From the human T2T-CHM13v2.0 reference genome, Homo sapiens, in assembly GCF_009914755.1 (NCBI RefSeq), contig NC_060930.1: a stretch of 64,000 nucleotides of DNA. One strand, 5' to 3'. Positions 15,880-31,533 of this stretch are shown piece by piece. Position numbers and translations under genes: made by a program. Numbering within the stretch: the stretch's first letter is position 1; each line of letters begins with the position of its first letter. The notes beneath the pieces are model-generated. The model was not told the origin of the DNA and did not search any database. It worked only from the letters and a program-made list of their open reading frames with translations.

Positions 15880-17450
15880 ATTTGGTATCACATAAAATTA
15901 ACTATCAAGGACGAGTTGTTATTAACATGAATATGGAAAGGTAAACATGCAAGAATAGCCAGGAAAGCAATTAAAATAACAACTGTGAAGAGAAATGCTC
16001 TGGTAGACACTGAAACATACTAGAAAGCCTCTATTAACACAGTCTGGGCCTGACCACAGGAATAGAAAAATAGGCCAGTGGGATAGAATAAAAAGTCCCC
16101 AAGGAGACCCAAGACATGGAAATGTAGGTGTATCCTAAACAGGTATTGCTAGGGCAGAGGTGGGGAAAATTTCCAATGCGGTAGCCATTGGAAAAAGATA
16201 AAATCTGTACTGCATACCATATACAAGAATAAACTCCAAATGGATCAGGGATCTAAATGTAAACATTTAAACTGTACAAATACAAGAAGCAAATATGGGT
16301 GAATTTTTCTTTAACCTTGATATAGGGACTTAAAATCCAGAAAAATTAAATATTGATAAATGTGTCTACATAAAATAATTAAAACATTTTTATTGCAGGA
16401 GAACCATAAACAAAGTCAAAAGGGAAAAATATGTATAATTTATAACATGGATAAGGGGTTAATATCCTCAATATTCAAATAATTCTTAGCGAGGGAAATG
16501 ATTAAAGCTACCTGAAAAATAGAAAAAAAGACATGAACAGACAACTCATTTAAAAGCATATATATGGCATTTGAACTTATGAGAAGATATTCAAACAACC
16601 CATAATTAAAGACATGCAAGTTAAAACTATTGCATTTCTCACCTATCAGATAAGGAAAAATTTAAAAGTATGACAACACATTCTGTTGGCAAGAATAGAG
16701 GGAAACAGGTACTCTCATGCATTGCTGGTGGGAATACAGATTGGCACAACCCTTTTAGAGGGGGATTTGGTGATGACTAACAAAATGATTCATCCACTTA
16801 CTTTTCAACTAAGCAGTCCTACTTCTAGGAATCCACCCTAAATATACATCTCTAAAAGTACAAAAATACATATACACAGGTTATTTATTATGATATTGGT
16901 TGGAAAGAGCTTGAATACTTAAGAGAGTAGGTGAATAAACTATAGTACACTCAGTGGAGTACTATGCAGCCATAAAAAATGAGTGATAAGGGATGCCTAT
17001 GAACTGATATGCTGTGCTTACTAGGGTATACTGTTAATTGAAAGAAGCAAAATGTGAAAAAATAGAAAAGCCTATCTTTTGTGTAAGAAAAAAAGGAAAT
17101 AAGAAATTATACACATATCTGCTCAATAGTGCAAAAATAAATAGAGAAAAAATAAACCAGAAACTAATGACTAGTTACACATAAGGAGAAGGGAATGACT
17201 CCTAGTCACATACAAGGAGAAGGGAATGACTCCTAGTCACATACAAGAAATAGGTAGAATTGGGTTGGAAAGGATGGGAAAATGAGAGCAGGATAGAATG
17301 GATAGTGGGGGGCAGAGGAGTGACTCTTTTCTGAGTAACCCTTCTTATAAAATTCTGACTTTTGGCAACCATAGTAGTGATTTATGTGCTCAAGATATAT
17401 AGATAGACAAAATCAACAGGGATGATGAAAGAAATCCAAAATGGAATTTG
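15880..17450 (+). mobile_element. Old L1M fragment (ORF2 end and 3'UTR)
   Basis: AAACTCCAAATGGATC..ATCTAAATGTAA, GGAAACAGGTACTCTCATGCATTGCTGGTGGGAA, ACTATGCAGCCATAAAAAATGA. Confidence 0.7.
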
Positions 17451-18064
17451 TATCAGTCAAGAATCCAAGCCAGGAGGCACAAGTCATGCAGTAATTTGAA
17501 TAGAGAAGTTCATTATGAACAGGGAAATAACTATGAAGGTGTAAAGACAGCCCTAAAGAATATTCTAGAGCTGAGAGTACAAAAAGAATAAACAAATTTG
17601 GAAGTGGCCCCTCTCCAAGGATGCGACTGAGATCTCATGGGAGGTGATGGAGATACTCAATAAATACTAAAAATTAATGGGTTTTCTGGGCCCAGAGCTG
17701 TACCACAGCCATCAGGCAAGTAAGAAATACACCCTTTGGTAGGCATGCCAAAGCTGGCAGGAAGAAATTGCAGCCAGGGCCAGCAAGCCAAAAGCAACCC
17801 TCTGGAGTGCAAGCAGTCAAGACTGGCAGAAGGGCATTGAGAATGACTCAGCATATTAGGAGCCCACTCATCAGCAGGGCAGCATGAGACCTGAGGTGTG
17901 CAGTGTTTACTTTAGGAGGGTCACATCGAGGTGGTCACCAGGCCAAGGCCAGAGCTGTGAGCTCACTAAGGCACCATGTGGTCTGAACAAGCAGCTGGGA
18001 CAAAGCAGCACTAAATTTTTTCCCGCACACTGCTGGCCACCGTGTGGTAGGAGTGAAGAGATAA

Positions 18065-18379
<315 letters not shown>

Positions 18380-18651
18380 TAGCAATGCATGGTGAATCTG
18401 CGGGCTTTGGAACCATCCAGATGTGGATTCGACTCTGACCTTGTAACTTAACTAATTGTGTGATGCCAGGCTAGTTACCTAATTTCCCTAAGCCTCAGTT
18501 TCCTCACCTGAAAAATGGGTCATCATAATAATATCTACTTTACGTTATTTATTGCAATTATCTCTATATTTATATTATGATTATTTATATTCAATGGATG
18601 ATATTTGTAAAGAACTTACTACAAACTCAACCAGCAGAATTCATAATAGTT

Positions 18652-19025
18652 TGATATGGTTTGGCTGTGTCCCCACCCAAATCTCATCTTGAATTGAAAT
18701 CCCCATAATCCCCACGTGTTGAGGGAGGGACCTGGTGGGAGATGACTGAATCATGGGGGTGGTTTCCCCATGCTGTTCTCATGATAGTGCATGACTTCTC
18801 ATGAGATCTGATGGTTTTATAACTGTTTGATAGTTCGTCCTTCACAAGCACTCACTCTCTCCTGCTACCTTGTGAAGAGGGTGCCTGCTTCCCCTTCCAC
18901 CATGATTGTAAGTTTCCTGAGGCCTCCCCAGCCATGCAGAACCATGAGTCAATTAAACCTCCTTTGTTTATAAATTATCCAGTCTCCGGTGTTTCATTAT
19001 AGCAGTGTGAAAACAGACTAATGAA
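18652..19025 (+). mobile_element. THE1D/MSTA MaLR solo LTR
   Basis: TGATATGGTTTGGCTGTGTCCCCACCCAAATCTCATCTTGAATTG...TGTAAGTTTCCTGAGGCCTCCCCAGCCATG; TSD TAGTT. Confidence 0.88.
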
Positions 19026-19994
19026 TAGTTGTTATTGTGATTGTTGTAATGAGCCACATCAATGACTAGTTCACTTCTCCTTGAACAAACTATATACTAT
19101 GCATTGAAGGCCCTATTTAACGACAGGCAGATACCCCATAGGTTATGTTTCTAAAGGTTTGATATAGCTCATTGTAAGTAAATCCAGGACATGAAATTTT
19201 AAACTTACAAAATAGATAAATAGTGAGTGATTATTTTTATTAAAACGTGATTCATGGCCTCTTTTGGAGCAAGTAGCATTTGGTTTCCTTTTAATGTTTG
19301 CAGAAACAGAACTATGACATAAAACAAAACAATTGTTTGTGTATTGCCTTAGGCAGACTGAGAAAGGGCCACTGCTGGGTGACTTAGGCATGGGAAAAAT
19401 CTGGCTTAATAATAAGCCTTAACAATGTTGACTCTTTCAAAGGGGCAAAGAGAAGCCAAAGTCTCGCATTTATCTTTTCCAAACAGATTCTGAACTACTT
19501 AAATGTGATGACATAGATCAAATATTTGAGGTTAAGGATTGCTTGTAGGTTCATGCTTTTTCCTTTAATCCATTTTTTGAGGTAACTCCAGGAAAAATAA
19601 TGGGCAAGCATAGAAAAAGGGTGAGTATAGCTAAACAGGATCCTATTTCAGTAAAACACTGCAATGTCTGGTGTTTCTAGTAATGCATTTATTTTATGAA
19701 AAGGATATAAAATCAAGACACTTCTGTGGCAACGTCTCCATTTATATAAGGGACACAAAATATCACAAATAAAATATGCCACCCTGCTGTCTTCCAAATA
19801 TTTCCAATAATCCTTTAAGTCTAGGAACAAAGGCTAAATTCCTGAATAAATTATCTTATCTTTATAATCTGCTCCAAAGTTTTGGAAACCCTAGCTTTTG
19901 AATATTAACCAAAAAGTGTTTCCATCCAGTCATTTGGAAAAGCAACTGAAATTCATGCTAATTTTAACTTAGACAGAGATGTTGTTTTGCCATC

Positions 19995-20297
19995 TTTTTT
20001 TTTTTTTTTTTGAAATGGAGTTTCACTCTGTTGCCCAGGCTGGAGTGCAGTGGCAGATCTCAGCTCACTGCAACCTCTGCCTCCTGGGTTCAAGCGATTC
20101 TTGTGTTTCAGCCTCCCAAGTGCGTGCAACCATGCCCAGCTAATTTTTGCATTTTTAGTAGAGACAGGGTTTTATCTCTCCTAAAAATTGGCCAGGCATG
20201 TTGGCCAGGCTTGTCTTGAACCCCTGACCTCAAGTCATCTGGCCGCCTTGACCTCCCTAAGTGCTGAGATTACAGGTGTGAGCCACCACGCCTGGCC
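19995..20297 (-). mobile_element. AluS with an internal rearrangement
   Basis: Antisense Alu; TSD TGTTTTG(C/T)CATCTTT. Confidence 0.88.
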
Positions 20298-23200
20298 TGT
20301 TTTGTCATCTTTTACTGACTCCCTGTTGATCCCTATGTACTCTGACCACAGTAGAGATCCCAAAGCACCTTCACCTCTGAGTCCTCATCCAACACTGTAC
20401 TCCTTCCCTTGGCAGTGACTTCTACCTTATATTGGTAAGATCTGGTATATCTAGAATAAGTGTCATCCAAATCATTGTACTGATATCTCAACATTCATCC
20501 ACCCTATGCTCCAGCCTCTGAACAAGCAGGGACTCTATCCTTCCTCAAGATTCACCCCCTCACTTGGGTTCTCAATCTCATGTCTAGAAGGTTCTTCCAG
20601 CATATCCTTTATTTTGGATTTTCTTTCAAAAGTACATATGTCTCCTTTAAGCTTTTCCCAAATATTTGCTATTTAGTTATCTCTATACTTGCTGTTTCTC
20701 TGCCAGAATTATCTGTCCCTTTAAACTTAGCATTATCCTTACTTTCCTATTGACACAATTCCAAGGAATAATCATCTTCTTCTCCATTTTGCCACTTCTG
20801 ACTCTGGTGGGGACATCTGACTCTATCTTAACTACAAGCCTTTTCTCCTCATTTAACACCACCTGAAATGTTCCCTCCTCCTCATTTATTTCATTCTTAC
20901 TCATCCTTAAAGGTCTAGCTTAAGCCCCTTTAAAGTCTCACCAGAACGTCCCTTCTCTGTAAAGTCTCACCAGAATCTCCCTTCTCTGTACTTTAAGAAT
21001 ACTAACTGTTGGGAGGATCCACTGCATCTCCTAGTTGTACTCCAGTTGCGCTTTGGGGAACTACACAATCCCCATTTCATCAGTCTTGCCTAGCTATTCT
21101 TCCCTGGCCAAGGAGTGAGCCATGTATCCCTAGCCATGCCAACTGTACTTTCTCTCCCAGAAATGTGAATCTTGAATGAAGTGAACAAAGAAGGAAATGG
21201 ATAGATACCCATTCTGGGTGCAGGGTCCTGGTAAACCTGTCTTGAAGGCCCTACCCCTCGATCCTGGTAGGTACAGAACCTTGTCTTTCCTGCACTTGGC
21301 CCCCCAGATTTCCTTCATTTCTGTGAGTCACATATTTTTCCCCCCTAAAGTTAGCCAGAGTAAACGTCTGTCCCTTTCATCCAAAAAAAACTCAACTAGG
21401 GCTCTCCTGTTGCCTTTTATTACTGTTTAATTTGAGGCAGGGGGCTCATGATGTCTTGTAAAACAAAGAGATAGGAAGTTTTTAAGGGCAGAAACTGTGT
21501 CTTATGACCCTATATATCTTAGACCACTTATGTACACTGTAATCAGACTGAAAATTTTCACTGAATCAACAAATACCACTACTTCCATTATTGTTTCAGC
21601 AAAAAAATTCTTTAAAATTTGAGTATTTATTTTATGTATCTTCTGTAACTGCATGATAATAAGTATATATGAAAATCTTCATCTCTAAAACAAAGGAACT
21701 AGAATAATTATCTGAGACTATCTTTGATTCTATATTGTAGTTAAGGATGAGTCATTAATTCTGTAAAGACATTCTGAGTGTCAGCTATTGACCATGCACT
21801 GTGTTAGGCGTTGAAGTTGTGGATAAGATGAAAAAGACATGATACTGGCTCTGGCTTTAGCACAATTGATTTGAGTTATCTGGTATTACTCTTACCAGTT
21901 TAACTTATGCCTTTTATAATGGTAGTACCCGGGATTAATTTGGCACTTTTTTTCCTGAAGCGTTTTCATATATGACACATCATTTGTTATTCCTGTTGCA
22001 TACAGGGGAAAACTGCTGTTAGATCACATGACTAAGATCAAAACCAGAGCGAAAAGAAGACAGGTCCTTTGATTTACAGTGATGTTCCTTCCTTCCCTCT
22101 CCACTATAATAAGATACATTTCCTTTGGGACACAATTAAATACTGGAATTATATTTTATTTAATTTCTGCTTTACATCCAACTCACGGATTTTTCTCTTG
22201 TTGTACAAGGTAAAGGCAGTTTCTGAGTTCTTACCAGAGGAAAACACCAGAAGTATTAGTTGGTTACTGGTAAATTTGGCTAACAAATATTTATTTAGTG
22301 CATGCCAAACATAACACATTGGGCTACCCTTGACAATAACCCCAGTCAAGACATGTATATAGCCCCTACCCTTGCTGAATTTACACTCTTGTGGGAGAGC
22401 AGGTCAGAGCCACCTAATGTTGGAAACCAGGATGAGAAGATAAAACATATACTCAGGTTCACAAAACTTTTATGTTCACAAAGAATCTGAATTGAATTTC
22501 TCAGTCTGCTCCAATCACTTGTACATTGATTGAAATGTATCAGCTTTTTTTTCACCCTTCATTCTAGATGCAATGTCTTCATCTTCAAGGTGTTCCTTCT
22601 CTCCAAGTTTTTTTCTTTTTTCTTCATAGTCTCCCTCCCTAACTCCATATTTCAAAGTGATCCCCAATACCTTTTTCATCTGCAGAGCATTCACAAAGAT
22701 CCTCATGAATCTTCAGTGGTCCTCAGAGCTCTATTCTTTCTTGATTCACTTGATGTTTTCTGATGATGTAAAAAAAATCCTTTCTTGAGAAGCAGAAAGC
22801 TGTCTCTGTTATATTGCCAATGGTCCAGGACAGGACCAGAGGGCCAAGAGCCAAAAGGGTACCCCAAATAATTTATCCTTTAGGAATGCAGTTTTGGCAA
22901 GCAGTGTGTCTGAATGTGCCCTTATGCTATTTTGCTTCTAGGGTCAATAGAAGTATATAAAGTGAACTTTCTTCAAAACATGTGCCATGAAATTGACTTA
23001 ATAGGAAAAAGGAATAACAACAGTAGCAAGTAAGTTACAAAGCAAAATTAGGCTGGGACACATCTGTTAAAGGGGCAGTTGATATAAATCCACATTTGTC
23101 AATTGTTAAAATGTGCAGCTTTTTGTATAGTCTTAAAGATGTTACTATCATTTTTAAAAGCTGGACACCATTGATTGGAGTTACTATTATTTTTTAAAAA

Positions 23201-23314
23201 AGCAGTTTGTACAGGGTATCATTTTCACTTATAATTACTGCTAATATAGGCAAACTAGGACACTGCCATGTTGATTTGAGAGGGAGGGGAGTGAAGAATA
23301 TTAAGAGATTTTAA

Positions 23315-23508
23315 GCCGGGCACGGTGGTACTTACCTGTAGTCCCAGCTACTTGGGAAGCTGAGTAGTCAATTTCAAGAGGAGCACTTGAAGCCAGGAGT
23401 AGGAGACTGCAGTGCATTATGATCATACCTGTGAATAACCACTGCATTCCAGCCTGGGCAACAAGCGAGACCCCCATCTCTAAAAAAGTTATTAAAAATT
23501 TTTTTACA
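23315..23508 (+). mobile_element. FAM (fossil Alu monomer)
   Basis: Single monomer with the FAM-type CTGTGAATAACCACTGCA segment; TSD AAGAGATTTTA. Confidence 0.8.
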
Positions 23509-23949
23509 AAGAGATTTTACAGTCATTACATTTCTAAACTATGGCAAATGAGAGAGCTCTAAAAGAATACAAAGTGTAAAAGGAGGTCAGTGATTTTAAA
23601 GTATATATTTCTTTGATCATAACACCAACACTTTTTCAGAGAATTTACTAACATTAATTACTCTTCACAGCATTCACATTACCTAATATCAACAGCTGCA
23701 TTTTGTCTTCATTGGTGAAAATGCATAAAAAGGGAGTTAAAAGTTTGTTCATATCTGGAAAGGAATTTGAGACACAGCTAGTTTCTAAATCTTGCCTTTA
23801 TACTACATCTTTAAGAGCTTCAGCTTTGAGGAAAGACAAACCCAGGTTGAAATTCCAGCTTTGCCACTTACTATCATGTGACCCTAGGGAAGCCACTTAT
23901 TATCTAGGCCTTAGTTTCTCTATATGTAAAATGAGGATACGTCATAGAT

Positions 23950-24410
23950 TGCAGCAGTGGGCCCAACTGTTCACCATTCTCTATATCCAGACCTTCTGCC
24001 ATGCCATTTTCCAGTGCTCTCCGAAGGGATGGATGGAGTCCATTAAGGATGAAAGCCACATCTTTAGGCTTAGCCAAACAGACAGGTTGCAAGCAGAGGT
24101 TGAAATGGATTTATGCAATTAGGCTTCTCTGGAGCTTGTGATCAGAGCTTGTAGCTCTGCAATCGCCAACAGAACATAATCAGCCCAGCCTATTGGAGGC
24201 TGAGAGACACATGGGGGAGCTGAATTGCTCCATTCATCCCAACCAAGACCAGGCTAGATCAGTCTTCAGTGAGCCAAACTCTACATGTCATGAGCCAGCA
24301 CCATCAAGACAGGCCAAGATCTCTTTAGCCAATCATGACAGCTTGTATGCCACTGAGGTTTTATGCATTTTTTGTTACACAGCATTGCTGTAACAATAGA
24401 TAAGTAATAC
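23950..24410 (+). mobile_element. MLT1-family LTR inside a MIR
   Basis: Ends ...GCCACTGAGGTTTT...TTGTTACACAGCATT...AATAGATAAGTAATACA. Confidence 0.55.
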
Positions 24411-24874
24411 ATGATGGTAGTACCTCTTATACACATTTCAATGTAAGTGGGAAAATATATGTAAATCACTTAGAACAATACCTAATGCTAACCACAACAG
24501 CAAAAACAATGATAATATGTTCTGTTCTTTTGGAGAAACACTTATAGAAACGCAAAAGTATTAGAAATTCATCTGTGGATTCTGAACAAGACCTGTCTCA
24601 TTGAAAATGTTTACAAAATCATGAAATTTTACTTCCAGTTTTTGTAAAGGACCAAGATGTTGGCCCAACTGTGTTTTTTAAGCTATAAGTTTAAGTATCC
24701 TGGGACCTGTTCTCATGAGTAGAAGTGTTCATTTCTCTCTAGAAGAGTTACTTTGTTAAAATTAAAAAAAAAAAAATTCCACCCCCGCACCCCAACACAG
24801 AGTAGACAAAGACATTCAAACTTACAGCCTGCTGAGAGAAGCCAAAGGCTAGCCTCATGAATAAACCCAAGCTA

Positions 24875-25246
<372 letters not shown>

Positions 25247-27553
25247 CTATTTGGATAAACTTTTTGAAATAGTTTAGTATGATGGTTAGGAAATGTGAGC
25301 TCTGGAGTTAAAATTCTGGTTCTGCTACTCACTGGTTTTGTGATGTGAGCATTAAACTCCATAAAGCTCTCTTTCGTCACTCCTTAAGTGGGGATAAGAA
25401 CAGTAACCTCCCAAGGTTACTGCAAGGATTATATGAAATTATAGCTGCAAAGTCCTTAGAGCCATGCCTGGCACACGATAGTCAATAAACATTAGCTATT
25501 ACTAGTTATTCTAACAGATGAGTCTGCCTTCTGTCAGCTCCATTTCTAGTGAGCCTAGATTCTGTGGACCATGCTCTACCTAAGCTAGGTGAGCCTAATA
25601 GGCCTTGATTCAAAACAGGTCACTAGTACTGAACTACCTATGGTCATCCTAAGTAGAGATCAGAAATGGAATCTCAGATTTCATACCCAAATGTGAAGAA
25701 AAACCACACCCATGAGAGAGAAGGACAGGAGGCAGAGAGTTTGGACAAATGTCAAGAATAATGTTTCTCAGCCTACTTGCAAGCCATCTCACCCTTCCTT
25801 TTATGAGAAAAGAGAGTCCAAAGTGACTTTCAACTGTACACTGTAGTTCTGCCCACTAGCACAGAGACAAATCAAATGATCTTTACCTAATCAACTAATA
25901 GCATGAACAAAGAAGTGACTGTCCCTCCCTTACACACCAATGTTCTTCCTTTTTTGGCTATGTCTCTTCTTAATCTGGTGAAATTAACCACTGGAGCCAT
26001 AGTCTACCCTCAGTGCTGCTGTCCTCCTCAGGTAACGAGATCAGGAGAGAATTCAAGAATATCCTGTCCTTCCTTCATGGAACCACTTCCTCAGTCCTTA
26101 CCTCTCTTCCTCCATATCCTCCCAATGTTAAAGAGAGGGTCTTCATCAATGTGTCTTTGTTGTGGCCCCCAGAAGCTGCTGAAACAGATCAGGACATTGA
26201 TTACATCAGCCACAATGCCACGATGAGCCCCAATTATCTTGCTCATCTCAAATCCTCTCAGTATGTTACCCGACCAAGCAGGGTGAACAAAGAGCACCAG
26301 ATGAAAATATGGCCCAAATAATATGCCAGCGCTATAAAATTCTTGAAATTTACTGCCACCTTATAAACGTTAACAATATGAACATTTTCCCATTATCAAT
26401 TCAATCTGTTGCTCCCACAGAGAAATCTCAGTCCAAAGTTCTGCTCTCTACCCTTTTTCCTTTTACTGGCTCAGTTACAGGCAGAAGAGATGGTATTTGG
26501 GGATCTGGGTGGACTCTGGGATCATTCTTTAGCAGCTGCACCCTGGGCCATCTGCCAATATAATTGGAGTAGCGCCTTAGCACCTCCAAAGTTTGATTAT
26601 TTCAACCCTAAGACTCTCAGTTTCCTCTTTTCTAAAATACCTAAGGGTCAACAGAACACATGAGAATATCATAGCACCAGTCTTAATCCCACAAAATTCA
26701 GAAGCACAAACAAATTCCCAGTTAATAATATAAACATCAATTTCCATTGGATGGGCGTTCCCAAGCAAAAGATAACTTTCCCAGAGCCTAACCCATGTTA
26801 TACTCCAGACGCTTGTTGCTAGTGCCAGTTACAGACCATTGTAAAGATTTGGTGTTATCTATGTCTGCAGGGAAACAAAAAAGGAGAAGGGCCTTTTCCT
26901 TTAGATTTCAGGATGCCAGCGAACTTATGCCAACTGTTAGAATTCAGGCCGTGGGTAGTCAAGTTCACAGGAGAAAGCCTGTATGAACCGTGTTGTGTAC
27001 TCCTTGCCATACTTTGCCTACATAACAAGTTTATATCCACAATTAAAATGACAACTTAAAAATAAAGATGAAGGATGTTCTATTGCACTCATTGCTAACT
27101 CTGCTATTGCCAAGAGCAATCACCAGTGAAGAGACAGAACCATCAGTATTTGAATTTAAATGTTGAAATAATAATAAAGCCTATGGTCTCCCTAAGGTTA
27201 GTTTATAATAAAAATAACTTCTTGATCCTGGAAAACTTATCTGGTTTCTTTCTTCCTTTCATTCTCCACTTAATGACTGAAGTTATTATTTCCATGGTGG
27301 TCTCCAAACCACACTTGGTTTCTATGTAGATTGGCATGTCACCTCCAACAATTTCACCAGCTGCCTTTTCCTCTCAAGAGAATATGATTAAAATATTAAT
27401 CCAGCTTCTGGACTAACCTAGCAAGAGAGTTATATAAATGTCTACACAGCACAGCACTTGCTGTTAAATATGTAACATGTCCTCCCTTTCATTTTTATGC
27501 CTCCACAGTTAAGTTAGCTCCTAGCAAAGCAGATATAAAAATTTTACCTTCCT

Positions 27554-27852
27554 GGCCAGGCGCGGTGGCTCACGCCTATAATCCCAGAACTTTGGGAGGC
27601 CGAGGCAGGCGTATCATGAGGTCAGGAGATCGAGACCATCCTGGCTAACGCAGTGAAACCCCGTCACTACTAAAAATACAAAAAATTAGCCAGGCATGGT
27701 GGTAGCTGCCTGTAGTCCCAGCTACTCAGGAGGCTGTGGTAGGAGAATGGCGTGAACCTGGGAGGTGGGGTTTGTAGTGAGCCAAGATCATGCCAGTGCA
27801 CTCCAGCCTGGGTGACAGAGCAAGACTCTGTCTCAAAAAAAATCAAAATAAA
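27554..27852 (+). mobile_element. AluY/Sc
   Basis: Full dimer; TSD TTTTACCTTCCT. Confidence 0.9.
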
Positions 27853-29726
27853 ATATTTTACCTTCCTGCCCCTCTACTGCTTGTTCTTTCTGACTTCTCA
27901 ATACCAAATTTGAATAATTGCAAGCCCTAGTCCAAAATGTTGGTTTCCAATGGGCTGGAGGAAAACATCTGGGGGCCTAAGCTGAGCCACTGTGGCTGGC
28001 CAACTGTCTGGCAGCTATGACCTTTGCAAAGCCCCCGGTAAACAGAGGGCCTGCTCAGTAATCCACGACAGCGTCCTCTCGGTGGTGCCAATTCACCCAT
28101 TTGTCCTGCTTACTGGAAACCGTCCAGAACTGCAAATCCATCACTCAGCATTTACAGAAACCACCTCTGGGCCTATCATTGGGCTAAATCCTTGCTTTTG
28201 AGGAGCTTACAATCTAAGTACTGTAATTAGAGACCAATTGAGTATTAAACTATGTGACACTAAGTAGGAGTTTGAAGAAAACGATTATTGTGGGCTGGAG
28301 TAATTGGGAAAGATTTCATAGAGATTGTGGAACGTTGAGGGGGAAAAGTAACATAATCCTTGAGGTCTATGAAGCTGATAAATGTGCTTAGGATAAGAGA
28401 ACCCCAGGCAGTGTATCAGGCTTACCTGTGGAACTCATCACTAAGAGGATGGGACTCCTCTCAGGTCAAGAGGAAATTTAATCTTTCCTGAAATTCTTTA
28501 GCATTTGAATCATGATGGTGACATTGCTGACATAAAAATCAGACATCCTTCATTTATTCAGGCCTCCAATATAGAAATGTCATAGAAAGAAATGACTTTC
28601 TAACAATGCCAGCCCAAGCTAGATTAAGAGCTGACAGCAATTGCATATGAAGTCAGGATTACTGGTGGAGTTAGTAATAGGTCATTTCCAAAGGGCACAA
28701 ACATCCAAGAGAGATAACTGGTAATACCTTCTGAGACTAGGATTAAAACTAGCAAACAGTAGAATTCTATCTGTTCCATTAATTTTTAAAAATCACACTG
28801 TAGGTTTTGGTTTAGTAATTAATAGCAATGGCAACACTTTATTATTTTCCCTTAATTATTAACTTTGCATTCTCCTGCATATTTTAATTGAAATATATGC
28901 ATTACATGACAAAAGTGCCTCTGGAGAAACAATCAAAACCTGATCAGCTCTTCCCATGATTAATGACAGAACCGGTGGGCAGAGCTGACAGCATTTTTCA
29001 ATATGGCAAACTTGATTTTCTGAAAGAAAAAAAGTCAAGGCCCATGTTCTCCCTCACACTTAGCTAAATTGGTAACTGAATCAACTAATGCAATGGGTTA
29101 TCTTATCTCTAGAAATTATTATGTAAAACTGAAATATACCACTATTTCTCTCTTTTGGGTGGATTTCCTTTTAATGGAAGAGTAATCTTATTTTATTCCA
29201 AGTGTCATTTCCAGATCAGGTTTTCCATGAGGTAGACAGAGACCTTGCTCAGTTCGATGTTTCTGAACAGTCCCTCCTCACTTCAGCTGGGAAGTGACAG
29301 CAAAGTGGGTGGCTGCAGGCACGGGATGTGGGCTTTCTGTGGACATCAAAAGGTCAATCAAAGGAGATGTAATATTCTCTCAGCACTCTGCTGACGGTAA
29401 TCCAGTCCATTTTTCTCTATTTAAGACTTTAATGTGGGCCTGAGACCCACCACTCCCACACACAATACTCAGTAGTTTATGACCATATTAGAAGTTCCCA
29501 GTTATGGGTACAGGCAGCAGGCTCATATCTGCATATTCTCAGCCAACACCATCTGGGAATTGAGTTTGTTGTGCTGACTACAAGCCTAGGACTCTTCCAG
29601 ACCATCAGTTCCAGCCTTTAACCCTTCCCCTTCTCCAAAACAAGAAAGCATAGCAGAATGTTAGATGAGAGAGTATAGAGGCTTGATTCTACTAAAAGGT
29701 ATGTTTTTAAAAATAATTAATTAAAA

Positions 29727-30302
<576 letters not shown>

Positions 30303-31259
30303 ATGTTTTTAATTTAACAATAATTCATAAATGTTGGCACTTTAAGATAAAAAAATGAATTGAAACACTTCAGAGTTGCAGCACCATGCTGAGAACTGCT
30401 GCACTGAACTCTAAAGCTGCCTAAGTCACCCGGTGTCAAGTCACACAAGTCAACTGTAACTCCCTGACTAGCTGTCTGCCTGGCAGGCATTCTCTTTATA
30501 GAGAATGGACCAACACCCATGACTGTATATAGTTATAATTAAGAGCACAGACTCTGGGGCCAGCCTGCCTGAATTCAGATCCTAGCTTCACATTGTTTGC
30601 TCTTCATTGGAGCTGTTCACAAAAATTCCAATTCTCTTCTCCCTGATGTAGTTAATGGATTATATTATCTGCTGCCTTGAAGTTGGGCATGGCCATGTGA
30701 CTTGCTTTAATTCTTTTGAGAGCAAAAGTGATGTGTCACTTCTGGGCAAAAGCCAGGAAGCCCTCCTTACTCAAAGTGTGGCCCATGGTCCAGCACTATG
30801 GGCATCACCTAGAAGGTTGATAGAAACATGGCATCTCAGGCCCTCCAGGACCTCCTGAATCAGAATGTGAATTTAATAAGCTCCCCAGGAGATGCCTATG
30901 CACGTTTAAGTTTGAGAAGCCCTGCCCTAAGGTATGAAGCATTATTCACCATGTTCTCTTCTCTGGCCACAGCAGCTGATGTCCCCGGTGGTGAAGTTTC
31001 CTTTAGCCTAGGCTCCTGGCCTGACCTGAGATGGACAAGAAGCAAGGCATGAGAAAAATAAGCTTTGGTTCTAAGCCACTAAAACTTGAAGGCTGTTACA
31101 TTGGTTTAACTAGCTCCTTCTGAGTGATGTGATCACTTAGCACTCTGTGACCTTGGGCAAGTTACATAATCTCCCTGTGCCTCAGCTTACTTGATGTAAA
31201 ACAGAGACAGTAACAGAAAATAATATTTTAAACATGATGATCATAAATAAAATGTATTA

Positions 31260-31265
31260 TTTATT
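31260..31265 (-). terminator. Candidate distal poly(A) signal (AATAAA) of ADAT2
   Basis: Plus-strand TTTATT; downstream on the minus strand is a U/GU-rich stretch (TTTTCTGTTACTGTCTCTGTTT). Confidence 0.6.
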
Positions 31266-31533
31266 CTAAACCCAAATAAAATGATACATTATCTTTTCTC
31301 CTTGCCACTCTCTTAAAATGTATACAAGGAAATAAAACATTCTAAGCCAGAAAACATATTTTGGTATCTTAGATTTTTCCTTTACATTTATAGACCAACT
31401 TTTCAAAAGGAAAAAACAAAACCATGGTACTGAAGCAATTCACCATGAGCTGTACAATGAGCCACATCATTCGGTTCCAATCACAGAATTTGAACAAGCA
31501 GCTTCCAATCTCAGCCTTTTACCTACTCTAGAC

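Noticed and set aside
25800-27130. Dense cluster of short ORFs and a strong minus-strand acceptor (CCCTTCTCCTTTTTTGTTTCCCTGCAG, ~26865)
   Set aside because: No translation matches a family I recognise and no partner donor or exon chain could be supported; would need Dfam/BLASTX and RNA-seq
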